Source of the DNA: Cyanophora paradoxa CCMP329
Lineage: Eukaryota; Plantae; Glaucophyta
DNA: 64,000 nucleotides
Reading direction: 5' to 3'
Assembly (NCBI GenBank): GCA_004431415.1
Contig: QPMI01000475.1
Span: 27,887 to 91,886, forward strand
Part shown: positions 20,267-32,424 of the stretch, in pieces
Position numbering within the stretch: the stretch's first letter is position 1
Layout: each line of letters opens with the position of its first letter
Position numbers and translations under genes: made by a program
The notes under the pieces: model-generated
What the model was told of the DNA's origin: nothing
Seen by the model: the letters and a program-made list of their open reading frames with translations, nothing else
Databases searched by the model: none

Positions 20267-22250
20267 ATGGAGAGCGAGTCCGGGCACGATGCGGCCAGTG
20301 ACGCGCAGGAGGACATCGACGAGAACGAGGAGGACAGCGATTCCGAGTGCGATGTGCCCGAGCTGGCGGCGCCGTCCTCGGCGGGCACGCCATCGCGATC
20401 AGCGCCGCGACCGCACGTCTGCCCCATAGACGGCTGCCGCGCCACGTTCAAAAAGGTCGGCAAGCTCAACAGGCACATACAGAGCCACTCCGGAGCCGTG
20501 CGCCCCCCGCCGCCGCCGCCGCGGCCTTAGCTAAGGTTTTCGAATTCTCCCGCAGCGGCCCTTCGTCTGCGAGTACGCGGGGTGCGGTAAGTCGTTCACG
20601 CGGCGCGAGCACCTCGCGCGGCACGCGCCGGCGCACACGGGCGAGCGGCCGTTCAAGTGCACGCACCCGGGCTGCCCCGCCGACTTTGCGCTCAAGACGC
20701 ACCTCAACCGGCACGCCAAGCGCCACGCGAACGCGCAGCCCTACGCCTGCGCCGAGCCCGGATGCGGCGCGACGTTCTCCAAGCACTCGCAGCTGAAGAA
20801 GCACGGCGAGCAGCAGCACGCGCGCCTCGCCCTGGAGGCCCCGGCGGACGGGCAGCCGCTCGCGCTGGCGGCGGCCCCCTCCTCCGCCTCCTCCTCGGCT
20901 CTGGTCCCGAAGGCGGATTCCAAGGGGAAGAATAAGAAGAAGCAGCACGAGTGCCACATCGAGGGCTGCGGGCAGTCCTTCCCCGCCTTCTCCGAGCTCC
21001 GGGCGCACCTCAGGGTGCGCTCCGCGGGCCCTGAAGCGGGCCCCGCCCCCCCAGTGGCCGGGCCGACCCCCCCGCAGGAGGTGCACCACGCCAACGCGGC
21101 CGTCTGCGACGCGTGCGGGAAGAAGTGCGCCCGAGGGGCCCCCACGGGCCGCCCGGCCGGCAGCGCCCGAGCCGCGCGGCTCACGGGGCGGGGCGGGGCC
21201 GGGGCAGGTTCAACTCAGCGAGCGACATGCGGCGGCACAAGGAGGCGGTGCACTCGGACAACCCCGCCCGGGTCGTCTGCCCCCACGAGGGCTGCGGCAA
21301 AACCTTCTCCAAGGCCCGCCCTCCCGCCCGCCCGCCCGCCCGCCGGCCGCGGGGTGCGACGCGACGCGGGCGGCAGAGGGCGAACCTGAACACGCACATC
21401 AAGAACGCGCACGGCGAGGGCGCCGGGCACGTCTGCGACGCCGACGGCTGCGCCCGCGAGTTCTCCGACAAGTACACCCTCGCCCGCCACAAGAAGCAGG
21501 CAGGCCTTCGTCCCGGCCCGGCCCGGCTCGCGTCCCCGCGGGCCCTTGCTCAGGAGGCGCTCCGGGGCAGGTGCACGGGCCGGGGGAGGCGCGGCCGTTC
21601 AAGTGCGAAGTGGACGGCTGCGGGGAGTCGTTCAAGACAAAGGGCAACCTGAACAAGCACGTGAAGGGCGTCCACGAGCGCACCGACAAGGTCAAGGTGG
21701 GCGAGGGCGGGGCGGGGCGGGGCGGGGCGGGGCGGGGCGTCCCTCCTCCCCGCTCCCCGCTCCGATTCCTGACCGAGCGCCGCGCGCGAAGCCCCGGAGG
21801 GTCCTGAGGACGGAGCTGCTGGGGCCCCGCGGGGCCGGGGGCGCCTGCGCCCTCCTCGGGTGCGCAGCGGGCCTGCCCTTCGCCCCGCACGGCCCCGACG
21901 CGGGCGGGCCGGGCAGGGACGAAGAGGAAGACGAGGACGACGCCGGGGGCGGCGGGGGCGGGGGCGGCGGGGGAGGCCGCGGGGGGGAGGAGCCGGCGTG
22001 GGACTTCGAGGAAGAGGACACGGAGTCTGAGGGCGAGGAGGAGGAGGAGGAAGAGGAGGAGGAGCCCGTGCGCCCCGCAAAGCGGAGGCGGCGCGCGGGG
22101 GAGGCCGCCCCGCCCGTCGGCCCCTCCGCTCCTGCCGCCGGCCCTCCGCCCCGCCCCGGTCCTCCTCACCCGCGGCCCCTCCCGCCCCCTCCGCCTCCTT
22201 CTCCTCGTACCCCGCCCCTGCCGCCGGCTCGTCCCCGGCGCCCTCTCTGA
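20267..22250 (+). CDS. GTF3A: Transcription factor IIIA-like C2H2 zinc-finger protein (9 fingers, acidic C-terminus, multi-exon)
   Basis: Nine C2H2 fingers, mostly C-x4-C, with TGERPF linkers (HVCPIDGC, PFVCEYAGC, PFKCTHPGC, PYACAEPGC, HECHIEGC, VCDACGK, VCPHEGC, HVCDADGC, PFKCEVDGC). 3' end approximate. Confidence 0.75.
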
Positions 22251-23068
22251 CCGGGCCCGCCCCGGCTCCGCCCCCGGCCTCCTCGAAGCTTCTCCCCAAA
22301 GGCCCCCCGCCCCCGCCCGCTCCGAGCCGCCCCCTCCCGCCCCGCCCCCGAAGCCCCGGCACCAACGCCCCGCCCGCCCCGCACCGCTCCCATCGTCCCG
22401 CCCGCCCCGCCCGCCCCGTTCCCCCGCGGGCGCCACCGCACCCGCCGAGTCGCCCGCTCCGGCGCCGGCGCCCGCTCCCATCGCTCCCCCTTCGCAACAG
22501 GCGCCGGCGGCGGGGGCGGCGGCCGTGCAGCGAATCGGGGCGCCCGGCGCGCCGGGGCCGGAGGCCCCGCAGGCGCAGGCGCCCCCCTCCTCGAGGACCG
22601 CCGATTATATGTACGGGGACGAGGAAGAGCAGGCCTAGCTAGCCGTGGGCCCACGCGAATCGATAGGAAATCCAAGCTGGAATATTGATTGAATGCATCG
22701 TATATGGACGGACATTCGGGCAGGCGCATGCACAGAGTGGCGGCAATATCTATATGCCACTGACAAGCATGTGGCGCTGCGGATTGGCGCGACCTCGAGC
22801 TACTTATACAGCTAAACACTTACTGAGCCTCGACGAGCTGGCATTGAAAAGGACACGTACACCGGGATTGCCGGAAGCCTAAAAGGAACCTACAAACTCT
22901 CAAATAACACAAGTGCGGCCTTCTAAAATGGTGAAATGGGCCAGAAGCTGGCCGACCGATTGAAATCGAAGGCCGATGAGACGGCAAAATTGCGCCCCTT
23001 TTGGGGGGGTGAGCGGGGCAGCCGATAAGGGGGAGCTCGATCGGCGCCCCGGGCTGTGTCAGCTGCCC

Positions 23069-24289
23069 CTAGGCCTCGTGCTGCTCTTGTTCTTGTACCT
23101 GAAGATGGGGACGCGACGGCGGCGCGGCGCGGCCGTCGATCAGCAGCGCGCGGGGCCCGGGGGCGGGGCGGGGCGGGGCGGGGCGCACAGGATGCATATG
23201 ATGGTGACGGTGGCGATGAGGATGGCGATGACGAGCAGCGCCGTCCAGTTGCGGAGGCGCGCGGTCCGCCTCTCCCGCACCGCCACCCGCTGCAGCGTCG
23301 CAAGCTGCGCGCGCGTCGGGCCGGGCCGGGCGGGGCGAGGGGCGGGGGCGGGGGCGGGGGCGGGGGCGGACCTCCTCGGGGCTGAGGGCGTGCACCTCGG
23401 AGGCGGGGGGGATCTCGATGTCGACGGGTACGGCGGGCGTGATCCAGGACTTGCCGAGCTCGGAGGCCTGGAGGAAGCGCTCGGCCCGGCGCCGCTTCTT
23501 CGCGGCGCACGGGTTGTTCCGCTCGTTGAACGAGTCCACGAGCTGCTGCACGAGCGCGTCCCGCGCCACCCCCGTGATCTTCGTCCGGCACCGCGGGCAC
23601 TCCTCGTAGTTCTTGCGCCACTCCAGCAGGCACGGCCCGTCGAACGTGTGGCTGCACGGCGACACTACCCTCCCCGGAATCAGAGCGCTGCCGGCGCGCC
23701 GCGGAACCGCGGCCCGCACCCGTCACGCAGTAGCTGAGCAGGTCGTTGCAGAGGCTGCAGATGAGCGCCTCCTGCAGCACGGGGTCCGTCTGCGGAGCGC
23801 GCGCGCGCCGCCGCGTCAGGAGCGCGCCGCGAAGGGCGCGGCGCGGCGGCCGGGCCTCGGGATCGAGCGTCGAGTGGCCGTCCCTCGCTGCTTCGTGGAT
23901 GTACTTGAGGACGTTGTGCTGCGCGCGGGCGGGCCGCATGAGATGCGCCGCCCGCCGGGGGAGCCAGCCGCCCGCACCCGTATCAGGCCCAGCGTCTCCT
24001 CCTCCTCCACGCGCTTCACGTAGAACACCTTCTTCCTCCGCTCGTTCTCGCGGGGGACCACCACGACTTGCCTGCCGCCCGCGCGCGAATCAGCACTGCG
24101 GTAAGCGCGGGCCTCGCGCCCAGCCGCGGTCAGCGCCGGCGGTCGTGTGCTCGCCTGATCTTGAGTCCGAGGCTCTTCAGCGCGCGCGCCACAGTGAGGA
24201 AGAGCCCGGGCGTGCCCCCGCCCCCGTCCGTAAAAAGCAACCGGCTGCAACCCGCTGAGGCAGTCTGACGCAGACTGTGAGCTTTGCAT
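23069..24289 (-). CDS. RING-finger protein (multi-exon)
   Basis: LICSLCNDLL..SPCSHTFDGPCLLEW..ECPRCRTKI, followed by VQQLVDSF. Confidence 0.75.
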
Positions 24290-24388
24290 CGGCTTCGCCA
24301 CTTTCCCAGCGCTGGCAGCATCGATGGAGGGCTAGCCCCGAACCCCGAGACGCACAGTCAGCGAGCAACGTCGACGCGGCTCGTCGGT

Positions 24389-25171
24389 ATGGCCCAGAAC
24401 GAAGCACTGGAGCGGCTCGAGCGCGAGGTGGCGCGCGAGCTTGCGGCGTTGCGGGCGATACCCACTTCGGACGGGCCCGCGACGGAGACAGCGCTGAGGA
24501 CTGCCGCGGCTGCTCTGGACCGCTTGCGGTCTCTCGCCGCAGAGGCGGCCGCAGGCGGCCGGCAAAGTCCGCTGCAGCGGGTCCGCATGTACGCATCTGA
24601 CACGCTGACCGGCGCCTGGTCTGCAGCTGCGACTGACATCGCACGCCAGGGCTGAGGAGGAGCTCCAGGGGCGGCGAATGCAGCTGCAGCAGGCGCGAGC
24701 AGTCGCAGAGGCGGCAGCGAGGGCGCGCCTGCTCGGGCCGGCGTCAGGCAGGTCGAGCGCCGGGGCGCGGGAGGAGGAGCAGTACGCCGCCGACGTGGAG
24801 GACGCGGACGAGTCGGCCGGCCTGCTTCGCGAGCAGCGCGTCTCGTCCAAGGTCGGCCGTGCGCGGGCGGCGCTGGCGCTGGCCGAGGGCATCGCCGGCG
24901 CGACGGTTGCCGAGCTGGATCGGCACGGCGAGCGCCTGGGGCGCACGCGCCAGAAGCTGGAGACGGCGGGGGAGCGCCTGGGGTGCGCCGGACACCCCTC
25001 GCGGCTCCCTCCTCCTCTTGAGGCTCAGCCGGCGCGGGCAGGGCGCACCAGAGGCGGACGCGGGAGGCCGTGGCGGGCTCCCGCGTGGAGCGGAGGAAGC
25101 TCCTGGCCGGGGCCGCCGTGCTCGTGCTCGTCTGCCTCATCGCCGCCTGGTGGCGCTGGCGCGACCGGTAG
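24389..25171 (+). CDS. Qb-SNARE, Vti1-like (multi-exon)
   Basis: Helical N-terminus, SNARE-like motif AEGIAGATVAELDRHGERLGRTRQKL, and C-terminal TM KLLAGAAVLVLVCLIAAWW. Confidence 0.65.
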
Positions 25172-25556
25172 CTATAGCTCCGCTCCGGGCCAGGCCGGGC
25201 GAGGACGCCGCCTCCGCCGGGCGCCGCCTCAGTAGTAGTAGGAGCGTTAGACAGCCGCAGTTCAACGGTTTGAAATCGATGCACAGGAATTCATTTAACA
25301 GCAAATCACAGAATCTCATGAAACGCAAGGCGCTGCGAGCTGTCTGTGTACATCAGAGCAAACTTGAAGCTACGAGGGCCCGCGGGGTACCCGCCAGCTC
25401 AAGTATGCGACCCGAACTTGAAATCTAAAGGACTAGACTGCTAGCGAACTGACCCGGCAGCTGCATCCGCAGCCGCGCACTGCCGCTGACCCATACCATG
25501 GATCGAAATACGAAAACGCGGAGTCTCTACCGTCTCCGAGGCGCAAGCCGGCGCGC

Positions 25557-27420
25557 TCACAGCGCGAGCAGGCGGGGCGCCGGCGCCGCCGCGAATCTCC
25601 GGGGCGTGGCCGACGGAGCGGGGCCGGCGGGGCGCGGGGCCACGAAGGCGGCGGCGCGGGGCCCACGCGAGCTCCAGGGGGCGGAGGCGGAGGCGGAGGG
25701 CCCGGCGGAGGCGGCGCGGCGGGCCTCGGCCTCGCGGATGCGGCGGCGGCGGGCCTTCATGACGGGCCGGACGGCCTCGTAGACGGAGAAGAGGACGGCG
25801 GCCATGGGTCCCAGGTACCCGATGCGCGGCAGGATCCCCTTCGAGAGCGCGATCGGGCCCTCCTCCTTCACGATCCGCGCGAAGCAGTCCCCGATCCCCT
25901 GCGCCCGCCCCGCCCCGCCGCCGGCGTCAGCTTGGGACTTTAGCCCCGGCGCGCGCCGCGCTGCGCCCGCCCGCTCGCCTTGTACTTGTTCGGGTCGTCG
26001 GCGCGCTGCGTCATCAGCCGGGTCTTCACGACGTCCACGGGGGTCTGCGGGGCGCGCGTAGTGTCGGCATTGGGAGGAAGCCCTGCCGCGCGAGGGCGAG
26101 AGGGCCTCGCGCGTACCATCATCGCCGCGGCGAGGGCCCCAGAGACGCCTGGGCGGGCGGTCACGGGCCGGGGCGGGAGGGGGGGGGGGGGGGGGGGGGG
26201 GGGTACGCGGACCGCCGAGGGCGAGGTTTTCGGGCTTGGCGAGGGTGCGCCCCCCCACAAAGGCCTCGTACATCCCCTTGAACTGCTCGAAGAAGACGAA
26301 CGCCAGCGTGTTGTACGGCACTGGAAAAGAGGGGGGATGAGTCCGGGAGGGGTACGCGGGTCGGAGCCTGAGCCTACCGTCGCGCATGAACTGGGAGGCT
26401 GCGCCGACGTAGAGGCCCCGCGGGAAGCCGTCCGTCTTGATCAGGTCCGTCGCCACCGCCAACGCGTTGGGGTACAGGTCCGCCTGCCCCCAGTCGACGC
26501 GGGAACGGGGGGGGGGGGGGCGGAATGCATGTGTACCTGGACGCGCTGCTTGAGGATTTCTTGGGGTACGCGGAAGGTGAGGGCGCAGGTGGCGCCCACT
26601 GCGCCGGCCACGAGCTGAACGACTCCTCGGTTCGAAATGACGTCACCCAGCTGCGCCCCGGCTCGGGAGGAGGTACAGGGTACCGGGCGGGCCGGGGGTA
26701 CCTTGTCCTTGACGGTCTCGTAGGAAAGGAACTGCGCGGCGCCGGAGGGGACGGAGAGGACAACGCAAGGAATGATGCCTGGCGGCCGCGCTCAGGCGTG
26801 GGGCGGCGGCGAGGCGGGAGGGGCGGCGCCGCACCCTTCGCGAACGTGCCGAGCGACAGCGCGGTCTTGATCGTCTTCGCTTGCCGCCGGGTGCGGAGGA
26901 CGTCCATCGGGTGCAGCAGCGTCTGGGCAAGGCCGCGCCTGCGCCCGCCGCGAAGGGTCAGCCGCCGCCGCGGCGCAGCGCGCTAATCTGGCCCCGATAG
27001 ACTCGTTTCTTTCCGCTCTAGCGCGCGGCCGCAAGTCCCCGCCGCGAGCACTGATCGGGCTTGGGGGGCGCTCACGCAATTGAGCCGCAAATTACGTTGT
27101 CCGTGTGCGTTAGCTGCCGGAAAATCGTGCGCACTGTCAGATAAGCTGGAGCGCGCGCAGCGCGTGCTGGAGGAGCCTGGCGGATAGCTAGGCACGCCCC
27201 GCAGCCCGCGCCGATCGCGCGCGCAGCCCCGCGCCGGCTCATTGCATATGGGGCGCGCATGAAGTGAGCTAACTGTACCTGCACATCGTCGTCCGCGGCG
27301 GCGGGTGCGGGTGTCGGTGCTGGCGCCGCGGCGGGCTTGGCCCCCGCGGCCACGAACATCACTTGAACTCGGCCAGTATCGCCGAACTGCCGCTGCCGCC
27401 GCCTGGGAGCCATTTCCATC
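25557..27420 (-). CDS. Mitochondrial carrier family protein (SAM-carrier-like, multi-exon; start uncertain, possibly 27630)
   Basis: Three Px[DE]xx[KR] signatures (HPMDVLRTRRQ, VPQEILKQRVQ, TPVDVVKTRLM) and KGILPRIGYLGPMAAVLFSVYE. Confidence 0.85.
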
Positions 27421-27657
27421 GCCGACAAATCGATCGGAGGGGTACGCACAATCTCAAAGCCCAAAAGCAGACTAGCTGCTCTCGCCGCCCACCGCACTCT
27501 CTGGTGGGCCAGCAACAGGCGCGGTGACCTGCAGCAGCCTGCAATTCCTGGGACCTGCCCGCAGCTCCCAGCCCCCGGCACCCCGCGAGCCGTTCTCCTG
27601 GGCATCCAGGCAGCGGCCGCGTCCTCTCATTGAAGCTCGTCACGTAGCTTGCTAGAA

Positions 27658-30135
27658 ATGAACAGGTCCGCTGCCTCCTGCGGTCTTTGCGTGCCCCAGT
27701 GTCCCGTTTAGAGGCTCAGCTTCCACCGCAGGTACAAGCAGATCAAGCAGCTCGGCGATGGAACATACGGCAGTGTCATCAAGGCCGTGAATAGGCAAAC
27801 GGGGGAGGTGGTGCGCTGCTCTCTCCTGCCTCGCCGAGGGCGAGGCCCGCGGGCTTTCCTCGAGCCCCACACGCCCCACCTAATCCGCAGCTAACCATAG
27901 CTATCATTCCCCGATTGTCCGGGCGCCGCCTCACCCGCCGCTCGCTCTCCCGGCAGGTTGCCATCAAGAAGATGAAGAAGAAGTTCTACTCGTGGGAAGA
28001 GTGCATGGCGCTGCGCGAAGTGAAGGTCGGCTGCGCGAGCCACGCTGCGCATCTCCCGCCCACGCCCCGCCGCAGTCCCTGCGCAAGATGAACCACCCCA
28101 ACGTCGTCAAGCTCAAGGAGGTCATTCGGGAGAACGACGAGCTGTACTTCGTGTTCGAGTTCATGGAGCTCAACGTGTACCAGATGATGAAGGACCGGGA
28201 AAAGCTCCTCCCGGAGGCTCGCATCCGCAACTGGCTGTGCGTCTCATTCCCGCACACCCGAAGGTGTTGCGGCTCACGCCCGGTCGGCGCGCAGGTATCA
28301 GATCCTGCAGGGCCTTGCATACATGCACAAGCACGGATTCTTCCACAGAGATATGAAAGTGCGCTCCCTTTCTCTTCTTTTCTCCGCGCTCCTTTCGTTC
28401 CCTTCCTTTTCCCTCCCTACGGCGCCTCGCGCCGCAGCCTAGCAGATGAACCCTGTTTCCCTCCCTCTCCTCGCCTTCCTTCTCCGTTCCCGCCCGCCCC
28501 CTCCGCCGGCCGCCCCCGCAGCTGTCCTGACGCTGCGCCGCCACGCAGCCGGAGAACCTGCTGGTGACGAAGGACACGGTGAAGATTGCCGACTTCGGTC
28601 TGGCTCGGGAGATCCGCTCGCGCCCGCCGTACACGGACTACGTCTCGACCCGCTGGTACCGCGCCCCGGAGGTCCTCCTGCGGTCCACGAACTACAACTC
28701 GCCCATCGACCTCTGGGCCGTCGGGACCATCATGGCCGAGCTCTACACGCTCCGGTGCGCCCCGCCAGACCCCCCGGCCCCAGCCCGCGGGCCAGCGGCT
28801 GAGGCGGCCGGGCGCGGCAGGCCGCTCTTTCCGGGAAGCTCGGAGGCGGACGAGATCTACAAGGTCTGCAGCGTGCTGGGCCCGCCGACGCAGCAGACGT
28901 GGCCCGACGGCCTCAAGCTCGCCAACGCCATGAACTTCCGCTTCCCCCAGGTGCCCCCCGCCCCCGCTCACCCCCACCGCGGTCGAGGCCCGACGCGCTT
29001 TTTCGCAGTTCGTTGCGACGCCGCTGTCGGCGCTGATTCCGCACGCGAGCCCCGAGGCGATCCAGCTGATGACGGACCTGATCCACTGGGACCCGGCGCG
29101 GCGCCCGACGGCCACGCAGGCGCTGCAGTACCCCTACTTCCAGGTCGGGGTGCAGCTCCCAGTCGTGCCGCGCATGCCGGCGGTCGGCCAGCAGCAGCAG
29201 CAGCCGAGCTCGCAGCCGGGCAGCCAGCGGCCGTCCTCGATCGACCACGTGCCGCAGGGCCCGCTGACGAACATCCAGGACCTCAACGGGATGCCGCTGC
29301 AGGCGATCAAGGGCGAGTCGGCGCCGGCGCTGCCCTCGATCCAGCGGAGCGAGAACAACTCGTTCTACGGGAACAGCGGCCTCGGGAGCCAGTCCACGTC
29401 GCCCTTCGGCCTCCCCGCCGTCGCCCGCAACCGCGGCGCCGGCTCCCCGACCGGCAACAAGCCGGCCAACACCGGCGCCCCCGAGGACTGGAGCGTCCGC
29501 AACTCCCGCTACAAGCCCGGCGTCAACCCGCAGGGTGCGCTCACTCCCTGCCCCTCGCTCCTCCCGCGCCGCCCGCCGACCGCCGGCCGGCCGCAGCTGT
29601 GGGCGGGACGAGCTACGGGGCGGGCCCCTCGAACGCGGGCGGGGGCGGCGACGTGCTGGGCGCCGCCTCCTCGTCGGCCTTCGGCGGCGGCGGCAGCCCG
29701 GGCATGTACGGCAAGCCCGGCATGGGCGGCGGCGGCGGCGGCGGCTACGGCGTCGGGGGCGGCGGCGGCTACGGGGCGGGGGCCGGCGGCAACCTCTACT
29801 CGGCGCCGAAGCCGGCGGGCGGGATCCAGATGCCCGGCATGGGCGTCGGCGGCGGGATGGCCGGAGGCTACGGGGGCGGCTCGTCGTACGTGCCCCCGAT
29901 GGGCCGCGGGGCCGGCGGCGGCGGCGGGTACGGCATGGGCGGCGGCGCGGGCAACTTCGGCAACTTCGGCGGCGGCGGCGGCTACGGCATGGGCGGCGGC
30001 AACGCCGGGGGCATGGGGAGCGTCCCGCGAAACAACTTCGGGGGCAACGCGGGCCTGCCGCCCCTCGGCGGCAACTCCCCGGGCTCCAACTCGGGGCTGC
30101 CCTCCATCGGCCAGCAGGGCGGCCGCCGGCGATAG
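27658..30135 (+). CDS. MAK: MAK/ICK-type CMGC serine/threonine kinase with Gly-rich tail (multi-exon)
   Basis: [43 protein letters not shown], and [27 protein letters not shown] (TDY activation loop). Confidence 0.92.
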
Positions 30136-30600
30136 GTCGCGCGCCTCGCGTCGCCCCTCGGCGTGCCTTTAGGCTGCGCCCTCCCCGCCTCCATGCTTTC
30201 GAACCCCGCCCCTCCTCCCACACCAATCCTGCAGCCCCTCATTCGCACCCCCCCTCTCCCCTCAAACCAGTGTACCACTTCACTCTTGCGTTTTGCCTGG
30301 GCTTTGGAGAGAGAGGAGGGGGGAGAGGAGGGGCCAAAGGGGGAAAAGGGGCGCAGATTTCGAGGGGAGAGAGGAATTTCAGAGATCGGAGTGAACAGAA
30401 CAATCGTGAAGCTCAGTCAACGCATACGTGGGCCGCAGACATGAGCGTCGAGGGAAGAGACCTCATCCAACAAGCCGAGCGCGGCTGTTCGTCTATCTGT
30501 TGAAACCCGCGCGCGTTTTGCGATTGATCATGAGGTGCCGCGCGCAGCGGAGGTGTTTAGAACGTCTCAGGGCTTCGAGATCATGTGCGCGCGCTTCAAG

Positions 30601-31644
30601 ATGGGCTCGCGATCTCGATTGCAGGCCAGGCGCCGGCTGAGCGGGCCGTATGCCCAGAATCCCGCCGGGCGTGTCGCACCAGGAGGCGGCGAGAATCTGC
30701 GAGGCTCGTCTCTTGAAAATGTGCGTGACGCGCCGCCCATCGGTGGTGCTCCCGTGTTTTCGCGCGCCGCCCATTTTCGCGGCGCATGCGCAGGTTTAGC
30801 TCGCAAGAGCGATTCATCGGAGACCGGCTACCGCCAGAGTGCGTTGCAATATTAATTGGCGCAACTTAGATCGCCCCCGGCTGGCCGCAGTCGCCCTCCT
30901 TGCAGTTTCGCGATATCGATTGAATTTTCGCGCGCGAAGGTACCAGACGTACGAGCAGAGGAAGACGCACGCGATGCAGGAGTTCTTGAAGCAGGAGCAG
31001 AATCATCAGCACTGGGAGCCGGTCGCACGCACGAACCCGCGCGGCGCACTCGGCTGGTTTCCGGGTCCGCGCGCGCGCTGCTTAGCGGCCCATGGGCCAA
31101 CTTGCGTCTCTGATTTGCGAGCTCCGTTGCTGACACAAATCCGCGCAGGCAAGAACGTCATCGTCTGCCCGCAGCCGGATGACCCGCTGGCGCCCCTCGC
31201 GCGCCCAGGGATCGCTGGCGGCGGCCTCGGTCGCAGCCAGGCGCACAATCTGCCCAGCCCGCCCCACTGCTGTGCGCCCCGTTTTCACAGCCCTCTGCAG
31301 GTGGACCTCGACGCGGGGGGCAACGCCCCGCGGGCCATTCCCCCGGGCGCCTTCAACCGGCCCGTTCCCTTTGCCGAGGGACCGCCGCCGGCGCCCTACC
31401 CGCAGCGGTGCGCCGGCCGCTGCGACAAGCCGAACGTGTACCCGCGTTGATTGCGTTGAGCAGGTTTGAGGGCCGGGGGCAGGGCCGGAACCTGCCGGAG
31501 CGGGGCGGGCCCAGCGGCTGGGGGCCCGTCGCGGGCGGGGCGGGGGAGCAGGAGCTCGGGCGGGGCGCCGGGGGAGCCTGGGGCGACATGCCCCTGCCGC
31601 CCTCCGAGTTCTGCTACCCGCTGCCCGAGTACATGCCCTTCTGA
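30601..31644 (+). CDS. Uncharacterised multi-exon host protein
   Basis: Coding-like exons (YQTYEQRKTHAMQEFLKQEQ..; GKNVIVCPQPDD..; ..SEFCYPLPEYMPF*) separated by short introns. Start uncertain. Confidence 0.5.
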
Positions 31645-31848
31645 TCGCCCCTCGGGCTCGGCCGGCGACCCCGCCGGTCCTCGCTCTCGGCGGTCGCTCT
31701 TGTAGGTATGGAATAAAGGCGAGGCCATGAAGGGCAAAGGAGGGAAGGGGTAGAGGGATGCGGGAGGGGTATCAGTCAAGGATGCGGAGGGGCGCGAAAG
31801 AAGTTGGAGGGGACGGGAAGGGCTGTCGAGGAGGGCCGCCTGGAGAAG

Positions 31849-32311
31849 TCATCGGGCCCTGCGGCAAGCCTCAGAGTTCAGCTGCAGCTGCGCGGGCGTT
31901 GCGGCGGGAGGGGCGCGCATTCCGACCATCTCCTCCAGCTTCTTGAGCGACTTCTTCGCGTCCTGCGGGCGCCGGCGGCCGTGAGACGGCGCGGCCCGGC
32001 CCGGCGGGACTGGAGGAACGGCGGCGCCGGCGGACCTCGAGCAGGTGCCTCATTAGCTCCTCGTCCCGCACGCCGCGGTTCGCCTCGTAGCTCGCGCGGA
32101 TCTGCCGCGCGGCGCTCGAGCTGCTCAAAGGCGGCGCCGGCCGAGGGCGCGGACGCGCGCGCACCTGTTCGCGGATGGCGTCGCGCGTGCCCGGATCGGG
32201 CGCGCCGCGAGCGGCGCGCAGCAGTCGCCTGTACAGGCCTATGCTCTGCGACCGAAGGAGGAAGAACTTGAGCGACGGCCGCCACGACCCCGCCGCCGCC
32301 GGCGCTGCCAT
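31849..32311 (-). CDS. LYRM2: LYR-motif protein (LYRM2-like), 3 exons
   Basis: SLKFFLLRSQSIGLYRRLLRAAR..IREQ|IRASYEANR..MRHLLE|DAKKSLKKLEEMV. Confidence 0.75.
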
Positions 32312-32424
32312 CGCTCAGCGCGCAAGCTGTTGGCTTGATTGACGCGGCCGCTGAGCCGCTCGACGTTCCGCGCGCTGTGCGCCTGCCTGCTGGATCGCGG
32401 GCTGGTGCCGCGTGCGGCTTAGCT